Shown here: one piece after another, positions 1-12,958 of the stretch
How the letters are laid out: each line of letters opens with the position of its first letter
Numbering within the stretch: position 1 is the stretch's first letter
Assembly: GCF_018350175.1 (NCBI RefSeq)
Contig: NC_058369.1
Coordinates: forward strand, 10,418,001-10,482,000
Source of the DNA: Felis catus
Taxonomy: Eukaryota
Direction: 5' to 3'
Length of the DNA: 64,000 nt
Program-made: the position numbers and the translations under genes
Notes under the pieces: model-generated
Database searches by the model: none
What the model saw: only the letters and a program-made list of their open reading frames with translations
What the model was told of the DNA's origin: nothing

Positions 1-163
1 CTCGGGGAGTCTAGGGAGATGGAAGGAAAAGGACTGGTCTTCAAAACTTCGTAAGTTACAAGAGCCTTGGGAGAGCCATGGACTGTAGCATCAGAACCAC
101 CTCCCGGGAACAATGACCACGTGGACAAGGGTTGAAACTGCATCTCTGTTTTTTCTGCCCCAG

Positions 164-217
164 GACTCTTGACACAGCTGCTGTTGCCACTGGGAGCTGC
201 TGCCCAGAAGACTAGTG
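164..217 (+). CDS. ADGRE2: Gene A signal-peptide exon ([17 protein letters not shown])
   Basis: ttttctgccccag acceptor, gtgagt donor, 54 nt, phase 1-1, hydrophobic. Confidence 0.85.
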
Positions 218-3200
218 GTGAGTCTGCCCAGCCAGCCCCATGGGTAACATACACGGGGGAGTGCACGGGGGAGGGTCTGGGGCCCCTCACCGAAAAGCGG
301 GGCATATTCTTCAAGTGAGGCTCTGGTCTTCTGGAGATAAGAGAAACCGTTTCTACCTCCACAAATGTCCAGAGTTTTCTGTGTTTTCTTCTTCCAATGG
401 CAGCCATCCCTCTTGCTCCTCCACCTCCCTTCCTCTGCTCCTCACCCCCAGCTGGCGGCTGGCTCCCTCCATTCCTTGAAGCTTCTGACTGTGGTCTCTG
501 TCCTCTCACCCTTTGCACCCACAGACTGTGCACGGTGGTGCCCTCTGAACTCCAGATGTGTCAACGCCACGGCCTGTCGCTGCTCTCCGGGGTTCACTTC
601 TTCATCCGGGGACGTCTTCACCAACCGCTTGGAGAATTGTGATGGTACAGGGGCCTGGGGGGTGGGGGTGGTGGGCGCATGGAGATGTTGGGGGAAGTGG
701 TAGGGGGAAGATGTTCTCCTCTCTATGCCTCAGTTTGCATGTCTGTAAATTGGGGATCATCGTTGTACCCACCCCACACGGATGGAGTGAGATTTAAAAT
801 CTGCCCGTGTGGAGAACCGATAAAGACGAGTATGGAGCGGACGGTTCAACACAAGCTCTTGTCGTGGCTGCTGCTGTTATTACTATGATGGTGCTCATTG
901 CACAAGGAAAGGGGAGAAAGAATGGAAGCAACGGGAGGAAAGAAACACAGGACTTGAGAGCCCAGGCTCTCCTCCTGGCGTGAGCTCACCGGGAACTCCC
1001 GACCCCTCAAGGTCATGGTTTCCCGCCTCACTGTTCACAGCAGACCCATGAGGAAGCAGAGCTACTTGGTTTTTTAAATGATCAAATTTGGGCTTAGGGA
1101 GATTGAGGAACTTGTCCCAAAGTCCCACAATTAGTAATATTATGTGAGTGTTACGATAAAAATGAAGAAAAAGGAAATTATCCCCATTTTTACACTGAGA
1201 AATACTCCTCATGTACCGAAATAGACTTAGATGCATGTTTTTTAAAAACGAAGGAAAATATTCCTAGCATGTTTGAAAAGATAAAAGAAAGAAAAAACTC
1301 TAAAATTTCCCAGTGGTCCGTGTAGTGAACTTATGGGCGATTCCCTTGGTTTTCGTTGTTTTATATTTTCTTTGTCTTCCAAACGTCCGTGTGTCATTTA
1401 ATATTTGGGGGAAAGTGAATTTCATCACGGAAAAAAAAGGTGGTAAGACTCCTGCCCAGCCGCCCTCTCCCGATGCCCTGAGAGGCGCCCCTCGCGGGCC
1501 CCCTGTACGTACGTCTGTGCGCGCGTCTCACGGAGTCTCCGGCCCGGGTGAGCGCGGCCAGGGGGCCTGCGGCTGGTGTGGCTGGACCCCCGCTCCCTTC
1601 TGGGAGCACGTTTGCCGGTTGAGACTTTCTCCTCGTCGTGTCTTCCCCTCCCGCGTGCCTCATTACCACCCGCTGGACCCCACCCCATCCCACGACCCCG
1701 GAGACGGGTGTCCAGCCATCGCCCCCACCTGAGAAGACAGGAGGGCGGTCCCATGGCCCAGACGGGGCCGGGCCTCTTCCCGCCTGCTGTCCCGTCCTGG
1801 GGCTGACGCCCACAGCCTGGGCCCGGGGCCCTAGGAGGAAGTCCTCGAGTTCGGGTAGGAGACTCTGCTCTGGGGGAGACCAGCTGTCTGCCAGACCCCC
1901 ACTCAGCACGAGGTCATGAGCCCTTGCAGGCTCTGAAAGTCTCTGGTCCGATGGGAGTGTCCGGGACCCAACGTTCTGTCCCTGCCCTTTGATTCACCTG
2001 ATCAAGTTGTTGAGGTCGTCGATAGCTGACGGTGTCCAGCTTTGCTCTGTGGGTCCCCGAGCTGCTCCGAGGGGCCAGGGTCGTGGCCATCTTTCCCCCC
2101 ACATTTAGAGAACAGGAAGAGCTAGGAGGCCAGGAACCCACCTTGCAATAACTCAGCTGTGAGCAACTTCTTGGTGCTTCCTCATTTCGTATCTGCGATA
2201 GGCTCTGATAAGAGTCACTTCCTCCAGGGTTGGCGGTAGTAAGACTCTTCCAGAGATACCCTGGGGCATCTTGAAAACGCCTGACACCAGAGATGGGGGT
2301 GGGGGGGAGTGGGGGGGGAGTGGCGGATGGGCCCTGTGAGGTGTACTTGGGCCACTGTGAGTAATGGGAGGTGAAAGCTGTCAGCAGGCAGGGGCTCTTA
2401 GCCTCAGGTGTGAGTGGTGAGTGTCACCCAGCCACGACTCCCCCCACTGTCAGCATTGAGAGTGGCCTCCAGTGCCACCGTCCCTCTGACTGGAGCCCAC
2501 CCCCGGCTTCCCGATGGTGCAAACGGTCTCAGAGGGGAGGGTCTGGAGCCCAAGTCAGGGCCTCCATCTGGCCCACGAGGCCCGCAGAGGGGGATGCAGA
2601 CCTCCTTCTAGCCCCCGTCACGACACAGCAGAGTGTGTGGATCTAGGTGCCGTCAGGCCCGGCCGGAGAGCAGAGGTGAGCAGATCAGTCGGCAGGCTTT
2701 CTAGAGTGGCTGGCTCCAGCTCGGTCCAACGAACTGTGAACTGAGTTCTCTCTGGGCCCCCACGGCAGAGGAGGGCTGGAGGCCACAGCCTCTGCCCTGT
2801 GGGAACTCACTCTTTTGGCTGGTGACCCTTTGTTCTCTTGTGTTCCAGACATCGATGAGTGTGGGCCACCCTTGGCAGTGTCCTGTGGAAAATTTGCAAA
2901 CTGCCAGAACACAGAGGGGAGCTTCTACTGCGAATGCAGCCCCGGTTACCTGCTTGCTTCTGGGGCAAAAGCATTCAGGAATGAGAGTGAGAACACGTGT
3001 CAAGGTAAGAACCACCCCACACCTTCCATCTCCCCGTCTACGAGGTTTGGGGTGACCAGAGCCATCGCTAAAGCATCCCGGGGGCGGGATGAGTCGGGAC
3101 AGGTATGTCTGTTCCTGGGCCACCAGCACAGAGAGGCGGGGTAGCGGGAGGGACAAGGGCCTGAATCCTGGCTTTGCCACTTGATAGCTGTGTGTGTGAC

Positions 3201-6200
3201 CCTGGCCAGGATACTTATTCAGAAATCACCGTTAATGTGCAAGATGTGATATTATCGTGATTTTGTGTTAAGGAAAAAAAAAAAAAAGAATCTCTAGTTT
3301 TTACAGATAAAAACAAAAGCAGCTTTGCCTTTGTTAACTGGGGGACCTTGGACAAGTGATCCCGCCTGTCTGTGCCTCAGTTTACCCATCTGTAAAAAAA
3401 AGGGGGGGGGTGACAATGGTGCTTACCTCATGGAATTGCCAGGAAGGGAGGCAGCAAAGCACAGAACAGTGGTGGCTGCTGGGTTTTATGATCTGATGCA
3501 CCCTCTCCGGGATGGGCGTCCCCAGGGCCTGTGCCCAGGGTGGGCACTGAGACCCCACTGTAATCCCATCTCTTGCCGTGGTCTTGCACAGTGAGGACAC
3601 CGTTCAGGCCCAGAAGCCAGCCTCCGCGCATCACCAGGCTTTGCCGCCCTTCCAGGGAGAACAGCAGGCAGCGGAAGGGGCTTCGGGCATCCTCAGGGGG
3701 CTGGGGGGCGGGCAGCAGTGGCCACAGGGGGTTAGTGTAGAATACAGAGAGAGGAGAGGAGGAGAGCAGAAGTGAGGTGAGGACGGGGCAGAGCTGAGGG
3801 TCCAGAGGACTCTAAGGAGGGTCCAAGGCACCCCCCCACCCCCCTCCAGCCACTGTGGAGAGAAGAGCCCACAGCCTTGGTCCCAGCCCCTTCCTGCCCT
3901 GCATGCAGACAGAGGGCTGCAGAGCCTCCCTGGTGGGAGGGAAGGGGGCACCTGCACTTCCGTGGAGCCCAGCAATGCTGGTCCCGAGGGGCCCCTGTGG
4001 GTCAATCTTGCGGCCCAGACATGTGGCCTCGCCAGAGGACAGAGTGGGAAATGGAAATGGAAATGGAAAAAGGTCCCTCATTTCCAGGTGAATATAGCAC
4101 GTTTGGGGAATGGAGAGTGGGCCGGGTTTCAACTCCCACTTCCCTCCCGGGCCAGATGCCCCTGTGCACCGAGCAACCTGCACAACTGCACATGGTGATC
4201 ATGGATCCCACCCAGTGTGCCTGGACAGGCAATGCCACCCACCCACTGTTGTGGTGCTTGTGGTTATCGAGGGGCTGCATTGCTGTGTTACAACAGGCCA
4301 GGGCTGAGAGACGGGGACTCTGTCAGGCGGCTGGGTAGACACATAACAAGAGACGGGAGAGGGACCGCCACGGACCTCAAGCTGGGTGACAGGGAAGGGA
4401 GAGTCTCCGCTGGTTTGGCCCAGGACCTGCCACCTGAAGACCCAGCTCTGTGAAGGGCTCAGCCTCTGTCGCAGCCGAGGACGCATCACCCATGTCGTGG
4501 CAGTGCGTCTGGCCACAGGCAGGGGAGACCCAGGCTGCTCTGCGGGCCCCTTGCCCTGCCCTCCCCAGGCATCAAAGGATGTCCTTGTCACCTACCTGGT
4601 GACCCGCACCTCTCTGAACCCCCCGGCTCAGGCCCCTCCACAGAGGGTCACCCCTGGATGTTTGTCAGCAGGCCCACAGCCCCTGGCCAGCCCTGCCCTA
4701 GCCAGCATCCTGCCTGGAGAAGGCCCCTCCTGATGCCCTGACCACCCCCCCCCCCTTCTCAACCACTGGGCCTCCCTCTATTTCCCCGCATAAGGCTCCG
4801 TCCCCACTCTCCCCAGTAACTTTGGTTCAGGGGCCTGAGGGCAACCCGGCTGACCAGGACCCGGAGGATGTTGTGTCTGGGGTGGGCCAGGTGACAGCAA
4901 CCCTCCTCCACCCCCCACCATTTGCACACTTGGAGAGTCAGGTGAACCAAGAGGCTCCCCCTCTGGACCAGATGACAAGGGAGACTGTCATCCAGGACCA
5001 TTGCCCCAGGCCCAGCCCTCTCCTGAGGGACAGAAGATAGAGGCTGAGCCCCATTCGGCTGGGCCCAGTGTCTGCCCCCCTGGGGGGAGCCCAAGGGCCG
5101 AGAAGACACAATCATCTGTCATGCCTCGCCCATCAGCACCTGCTCCCTCCTCCAGTCCTCGCCCGCTGCTGGCCTCCCTCAGACGTGGATCCTCACTGCT
5201 TCCTGCCAGTCTAGGGAATGCCCTCATGGGAAAAAGGCATCTTCACTGCCCCCAGGCCGCCCGACTGGACATCAGCAACACCGTCCACCCCAGCCTGGCG
5301 CCCACCGTCCATCCTTACTGTCCCTGCCCCTGCCCCAAAGCCTCGTCTTTTAAAGGCCTGGCTTGGGTGTGGGACCTGTCCATCGCCGTGGAGCTGGAGT
5401 CTCAGAGTTAGCGTGGATGGGAGCGTGCCGTCTGTCCCCTGAGGGTGACCGGGATTCCAAGGGGAATTCAGCCAGCAAGCGGCCACCCTGGCGGAGTCAG
5501 GGTAAAGGCCATGGCTGGGAGCCCTGACAGGTCCTGGTCTGGTGTGCAGCATTTCCCTGGCACTCGGCTCTCAGGAAGGCCCACCCTGGACTTGTCCAAG
5601 TCCTCAGGCTGGGACACAGGTGGTCATGCGTCCCTGCCCCAGCTGGGAACCACCCAGAGAGGCAGACGGGAGGACTCAGGCTGCTTCCTGCCACATCTGG
5701 ACAACCGAACATCTGGGCCACCATGCTTTGCCCCTAGGACGCCTCCATGTGAATTAGAAAAGCACCCCCGCTTGCTGAGGAGGAGACGGTGGGGACTTCC
5801 AGATGCTTCTATCCCAGGAAACAGCTGCAGGCAGCCCTCCAACACCCTCTCCTTCCCCCTGCAGACATGGACAAATGTCAGCAGAAACCCAGACTCTGTA
5901 AAGGCCACAGCATCTGCATCAACACCCAGGGCAACTACACCTGTGGATGCCCACCCGTCTTGGAGCTCAACCTGAGCGACCCAAACGTGTGCTCAGGTAG
6001 AGGCCCCGGAAGACGCTGTGAGGCTGCGCCGGAGCTGGGGCGGGGCCAAGGCGGACCCCGCAGCCCTCGGAGCAGGGAGAAGAGCCTTGGGTTCCTGAAA
6101 CACTAGGGCTTTGCTCTGCCCAAGGATCTGCCTCCCCAGAAGGCCCACCACAGAGCAGGGAGGTAGCAGGGCCTTCCGGGCCTGGGGTTCCCTTGTGGAG

Positions 6201-9193
6201 CCCCCCACCTCTGTGAGCATCCCCTGGTCTCGCCCCTTCCTCACCTGCCCCTTGGGAGCAGGGGGAGGGTGTCGCTTCCAGTTCCTGGAAAGGGAGCCTG
6301 GGCCAGAGCTGGGGAGGGAGTAGCTGAGAGTCCTTGGAAAGAAAGTCCGATCCCCATGACTCAGTTTTCGCCCTGGTTTCACAGCCTGTAAACCAGGGAC
6401 CATGGTCCCTGCCACGCCCATCTTGCAGGGAGGCCATCATAAGGTGCACTGAGATTGAGGTGGAAGGTCACCAGGGGGCAGCACGTGCAATAACAGCAGG
6501 GTCCCTGATGCCGGGCAGCGAGAGGTGGGTGCAGCCAGTGGAGGGGACCCTGACCCTCTGGCTTTGTCCTCAGATGTGAATGAATGTACCTCGGGGCAAA
6601 ACCCGTGCCACAACACCACCCACTGCCTCAACAACATTGGGAGCTATGAGTGCCGCTGCCGCCCTGGCTGGAAGCCCATTCCTGGGTCCCCCAATGGCCC
6701 AAACAACACCGTCTGTGAAGGTCCAGAGCTCAGATGCCACGTCCTGGAGACCCACACTCAGAACAGCTGATTGCATGCGTATTCAGTGGCACCCACACCA
6801 CCCAAGCAGAATGAATGCTGGCGGTGCCCTGCTGTGCCAAGCGTTAATTCTCTTGAGGCTAGATGGGAAAAGATCTGGGGGGGGGGGCGGGGATCCTGGG
6901 GAAGGAGCCGGGGTACTGAGGAGCAGGCTCCTTGGAGACCCCAGGCGGCAGCTAATTACCAACTGGGACAAAGGTGTTTCAATAGTTCACAACCTGCACA
7001 TCTGTACAGGGCTCACGTGCTATGTGTCAGGCCTCCCCACACTTCCCATAACTCCTGCATCACCAGGATGTGGGGTCGGCAGGGGACATCACCTGCAGCC
7101 AAGGTGGGAGGTACTAATATGGGGAAAGGGGGCGGGACACAGAAGGAGAAGGGCCCGAGTCCCATCTTTGTGTCCCCAGATGTGGACGAGTGCAGCTTCC
7201 GGCCGCCTGTGTGCCACAACTCCACCGTCTGCGTCAACACCGTGGGCTCATACAGGTGCCGCTGCCGCCGTGGCTGGGAGCTCAAACCCGGATTCCAGAA
7301 TAAGCAAATGAACACCACCTGTCAAGGTAGCTGGTCTGACCTGACCCCAGCCACCATCCCAACACACACACAGACACTCTCACACCTAATAAATGGCTGT
7401 TTTATCGCCTGCAGAGATATCCTTCCCTGCCTGGACCGAACCCCCTGGAATCAAGAGCCAGGTGGGTGGCCCCAGCAGGGGCCAGGAGGCAGGAATCCCT
7501 CTGTGCCGCCCGCCTAATTCCCCCAATTTCCCCAAGCTCCCCCCACCCCCACCCCAACACACATACGCGAGGCTCTCTGACCTGCCCCTTCTCCTCTCTT
7601 CCCAGGGACTCTCCAACTTCTTTAAAAAAGTCCAAGTTCTGCGCAGAGACTTCAAGCCGGCCTTGGCTCAGGACACCATCCAGGTAAGAGCACAACTCAG
7701 GAGAAGAAGGAGAACCTGGGCATCCCATAGAGGCCTGGGAGGAAGCCGCCCCATCACCATGACAGCTTCTCTGAGACCCCGCCCCTCCCACGGAGGGTGG
7801 GAGAGCAGACACGCCAGTATTCACACTGCTGGGCACCCACCTGCACCCACAAATGACTTTTCTTCTCGCTGCTTCTGGACATTGGGCTTTATGTCATTCT
7901 TGCCATTTGTGAACAGGGTTGACCATGAGCGCTGGATTCCAGGGGCCAAGACCCAGGGAATCAGCCCCAGTACCACCTTTATCTACCAATCAGTTTCTAG
8001 GGGCTGTTCTCCGGGGCTGAGTGGGCAGGGTCTTCGTGGCTCACTGGCTCCATTCACTCACCCCCACCCAGGGCCTCATAGAGGGGGTGGATGAGTTGTT
8101 GCAGACCCTGCTAGACCTGGAGGCGCTGCCCCGCTCAGAGCAGCGCCGTGTGGCCGCGAACCTGCTCGCTGGCCTGGAGGACGTCCTGAGAAACATAAGC
8201 CAGGCCCTGCCCAATGGGACATTGACCTTCAGTGCACCTGCAGGCACAGGCAAGTACTGGGGTCTGCCCTGGGCTCCCGCTCTGCCCTTCCCCACCTCGT
8301 TTATCCCCCAGCCTCACTGGAGCCAGTGACCACGCTTGTATCTCAGTGTTACACTCCCTAAACCAATTAAAAGGTTGAAAAGAAACGAATAGAACTGTAA
8401 ATCGTATACATTTTCATTGTTATATACATTATTAGCAGAGGAAATCATTCTAATGAAGAATTTAAGATACGAAATGGAAACATCTTCAAAAGAAGACAAT
8501 TTATTAAATTTTTCAGAAAGTAAATTTTGTATTATTTGATATTTAAGTTCATCACCATTTTATTACTTAATTTTAGTTTTTAAGGTTTATTTATTCTTGG
8601 GAGCGAGAGAGACAGAGCCTGAGCGGGGGAGGGGCAGAGAGAGAGGGAGACACAGAATCTGAAGCAGGCTCCAGGCTCTGAGCTGTCAGCACAGAGCCTG
8701 ACATGGGGCTCAAACTCACTGACCACCTTTTGTGTAGCCATTCATTCACTGTTGGACATTTGGGTTGTTGACACCTTTTGACTATTTTGAATAGCGTTAC
8801 TATGAATATTTCTGGATGAGTTTTTGCTTGAATAACTGTTTTCGGCTCAATGTATATAGACGTAGGGGTGGAATTTCTCAGCGATATGGTAACTCTGTGT
8901 TCCATTTTTTGAGGAATGACCAAACTGGTCTTCCAAAGTGGCAGTGCCATTTTACATCCCCATTGGTAACACGCAATGGTTCCAATATCCATATTCTCAG
9001 CCACACTTGGTGCTTACATTTTGTTTTCTGATAGCAACTTCAGTGTATGTCAGGTAATATCTCATTGTGGGTTTGATTTGCATTTCCCAAATGACTAATG
9101 ATATTTAATACCTTTTCACATGATTGTTGAATATTTGTATATAATATATATATATGAACTTATATATGTATACATATATGTGTGTGTATATAT

Positions 9194-9248
<55 letters not shown>

Positions 9249-10957
9249 CTTATATGCTTTTTTTTTTGGAGACATCTATGCAAGTCCTTTGCCTATTTTT
9301 AAATCAGGTTGTTTGGCTTTTGGTTGTTGAGTTGGGAGAGTTCTTTATGTGTTCTAACAGTAGACTCTATGAGACATGCGATTTGCTAATTTTTTCTCCC
9401 ATTCCACAGATTGTCTTTTTACTTTCACAAACAGATGCTTCTGTCGGATGAAATCTATTTTCTCTACTTTCCCTTTTTTTGCATGTGCACTGGTGTCTTA
9501 TCTGAGACTCCATTGCCAAATCCAAGGCTGTGAAGATTTACACCTGTGTTTCCTTCTAACGGTTCTAGTTTTAGCTCATAAATGTAGGTCTTTGTCCCAT
9601 TTTGAGTTAATTTTTGTGTGTTGTGTGAGGTAGGGTCCCTTCTAACTGCAAGTGGAGATCCAGATGTGCAAGCACCATTTGCTGAAGAGACTTTTCTTTT
9701 TCCATTGAATAGTCTTGGCATCCCTTGTTGAAGAAAATCACTTGACCACAGATGTATGGGTTTATTTCTGGGCTTTCAATTTTATTTTATAGGTCTGTAT
9801 GTCTTTGTGCTAGTACCCTACTGTTCTGATTACTATAGATTATAGTATAGGTCTATACTACCATAGTATGTTATAGGTCTGTATGTCTTTGTGCTAGTAC
9901 CCTACTGTTCTGATTACTATAGATTAGTAGTAAGTTTTGAAATCAGGAGGTGTAAGTACTCCATTTTTTTTTTCATTTTCAAGATTATTTTGGGTATTAG
10001 GGCCCCTTGCAATGTCCTATGAATGTTAGGATGCACTGTTCCATTTCTGAAAAAAAAAAAAAAAAGGTGGAATTTTGGTATGGGTTGCATTGAATCTGTA
10101 GATCTCTTGGGAAATATTGCCATCTTAACAATATTATGCCTTTTATTTTTTTATTATTTTAAAAGATATTTATTTATTTTGAGAGGGAGAGAATGGGAGA
10201 AAGAGAGAGATAATGAGACAGAGAGAGACAGAGAGAGAGGGAGAGAGAGAAAGGGAGAGAAAGGCAGAGAGAGAGAGAGAGAGAATCACAAGCAGGTTCC
10301 ACAACTCAGCACAGAGCCCAATGTGGGTTTCAATCTCACAAACTGTGAGATCACCATCTGAGCTAATATCAAGATGTTCAACTGACTGAGCCACTAAGGT
10401 GCCCCAATATTAAGCCTTTTAATCCACTAACATAGAATGTTTTCCTAGTTATTCAGGGTCTTTCATTTATTTCAAAAAATATTTTTGTACTTTTCTCTGA
10501 TAAAAGTCTTGAACCTCCTTGGGTAAGTTTATTCCTAATATTTTGTTGAAGATTCTTTTACATCTATGTTCATAAGAAATATTGGTCTATTGTTTTCTTT
10601 AATGGCTTTATCTGTTTGTTTTTTTTAAATCAGAGTGATGGTGGCTTCATAACATTATTTAGGTAGTATTCCTTCCTCTTCCATTTTTGGATGAGTTTAT
10701 AAAGGATTCTTGTTAATTCTTACTTAAATGGTTGGCAGAATTCACCGGTAAAGCCATCTGGTTGAGACTTTTCATTTTGGGGAATTTTTGATTACTGATT
10801 TGTTCTTTTTGCCTGTTATAGGTCTGTTTGGACTTTAGTTATTTTTCAGTTACTTTTGTAGTTTGTGTGTCTCTAGGAATTTGTTAATTTCATCTAGGTT
10901 ATCCAATTTGTTGGTGTATAGTTGCTCATAGAATTTTCTTACAATCCTTTATAAATT

Positions 10958-10999
<42 letters not shown>

Positions 11000-12887
11000 A
11001 AACACACATATAAATGATAGTATTATTACAGCCTCTACAGCCACAAATACTATCCACACTCCCTTAATAACTCTGACATCTTATAGACCTGTCCCTGAAG
11101 GTGCAAGAACAAGGAGACAGAAATGTCACCTTGAGTCTAAACCAGGCAAAGATGCTGCTGAGCTTGGATGAGGTGCATGAATCTAGTGACTCAGGTAAGG
11201 GCCGAGATGGGAGGTCACAAGACGCCCAAGGACGTGACACACGGGGACCTGAAGCTTACGGGGAGGTAGGGGGCAGAGTGGGGCCACAAAGGGTCCATCT
11301 GAGGAAGAAGGGGCGCTGGTGGGCACCCCGAGGTATCCACATTGGCCTGGTCCTGCAGGTCCTTCTGTGGTGGGCCTCGTCTCCACTCCAGGGATGGCCA
11401 AGTTCCTGGCCGAGGCGCCCCTGGTCCTGGACCATAAGCAGCAGGCAGTTCTGCGTGAACACAAGGAATTGCTGGGAGAGGTCCCCCCTGTCCTGCTCTC
11501 AGGTGTCGTCTCTGCCTTTGTGAGCAACAAGGACACCCAGAACCTCGGCTCCCCCGTCACCTTCATCTTCTCCCACCACGTGAGTCCTGGTGGAATGGGG
11601 CTGTGGCTGGGCAAGGAACTGGGCTGGGTCCAGGGCTCAGCCTCACTGTCGAGATCACCCTTGGTGTCCTGGGGGCCTCCTCCGTGGGCGCCTCCTTCCC
11701 CCAGGAAAGCCCTTTGCAAACCAGCTTTGGATAAGAGTCTCCAGCTCCCACCGACGCTCTCTTCTACAGTCGGTGACACCCGGGCCAACCCAGAAGGTGT
11801 TCTGTGTCTTCTGGGAGCACAGTCAGGATGGAGGCGGTCATTGGTCCACCACGGGCTGCAGGATGGCGGCCACCAGAGACGCCAGCACCACCTGCCAGTG
11901 CTCCCACCTCAGCAGCTTTGCCGTCCTCATGGCCCACAGCCACGTGCAGGTGAGATCCCTGAGAGAGGCCGCTTTCCACGTCTATCGCTCTCGAACATGT
12001 TTCCCCACATGTAGGAGCTTAAAGAAACATAAATTTATGTCTCGTGGTTTCTGTGGGACGAGAATCGGGCGTAGCGTAGCTCAGTTGCCTGCTCTGGGTC
12101 TTACAAGGTTGAGACCATTGAGTCAGCCAAAGCTGCATTCTCGTCGGAGGCCTGGGGTCCTCCTGTGAGCTCCCTGGTTGCTGGCAGAATTCCGTTCCTT
12201 GCAGTTGTAGGTCTGGGGTTCTACTTTCTTTCCGGCTGCGAGCAGGGGACCCTGCTCAGCTCCTAGGGGCTACCTGCATTCCTTCTCTCTAGGCCCCACA
12301 CAGTGTACCAGCATTTCTGTCCAGAGGCCAGCAGGAGAAGCTCCCTCACCTCAAACGCCCTCAAACTTTGAATCCTTTTCTCTAGGAAGAGCCTAGAGCT
12401 TTGAGAGCTCACTGATTAGGCCAGGCCCACCCAGGGTGATGAAATGCCTCTTAAAGTCAACTGATATAGGACCTGTGACTGTGCTGTCCTTTTTGCTGGG
12501 TCCCAGGAGGAGGATCCCGTGCTGGTTGTCATCACCTACGTGGGGCTGGGCCTCTCTCTGCTGTGCCTCCTCCTGGCAGCCCTCACCTTCCTCCTGTGCA
12601 AAGCCATCCAGAACACCAGCACCTCGCTCCACCTGCAGCTCTCGATCTGCCTCTTCCTGGCCCACCTGCTCTTCCTCACGGCCATCGACCAGACCAAGAT
12701 CAAGGTACTGACACTGTCCCAGAGGACCCCCTGCCCTGAGCCACGGGATGCTCAGTTCGTGGAGCCCTGCTGCACTGATGCCTTAACACAATATCGCTGG
12801 GCGACAGGGAGGCTGGAGAGGGGTAAATAGCCTATTTCACGTTGACTGATGAAGCAGAAGACAATCCTCTCTCAACAACTCGACCCT

Positions 12888-12958
<71 letters not shown>

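Noticed and set aside
4047..4070. (GGAAAT)3 as an ETS/NFAT site cluster
   Set aside because: Short simple repeat, not seen in the paralog, no other support
3100..5800. Many overlapping ORFs or hidden extra EGF exons in the EGF2-EGF3 intron
   Set aside because: GC-rich intron; no 6-Cys pattern with splice sites found
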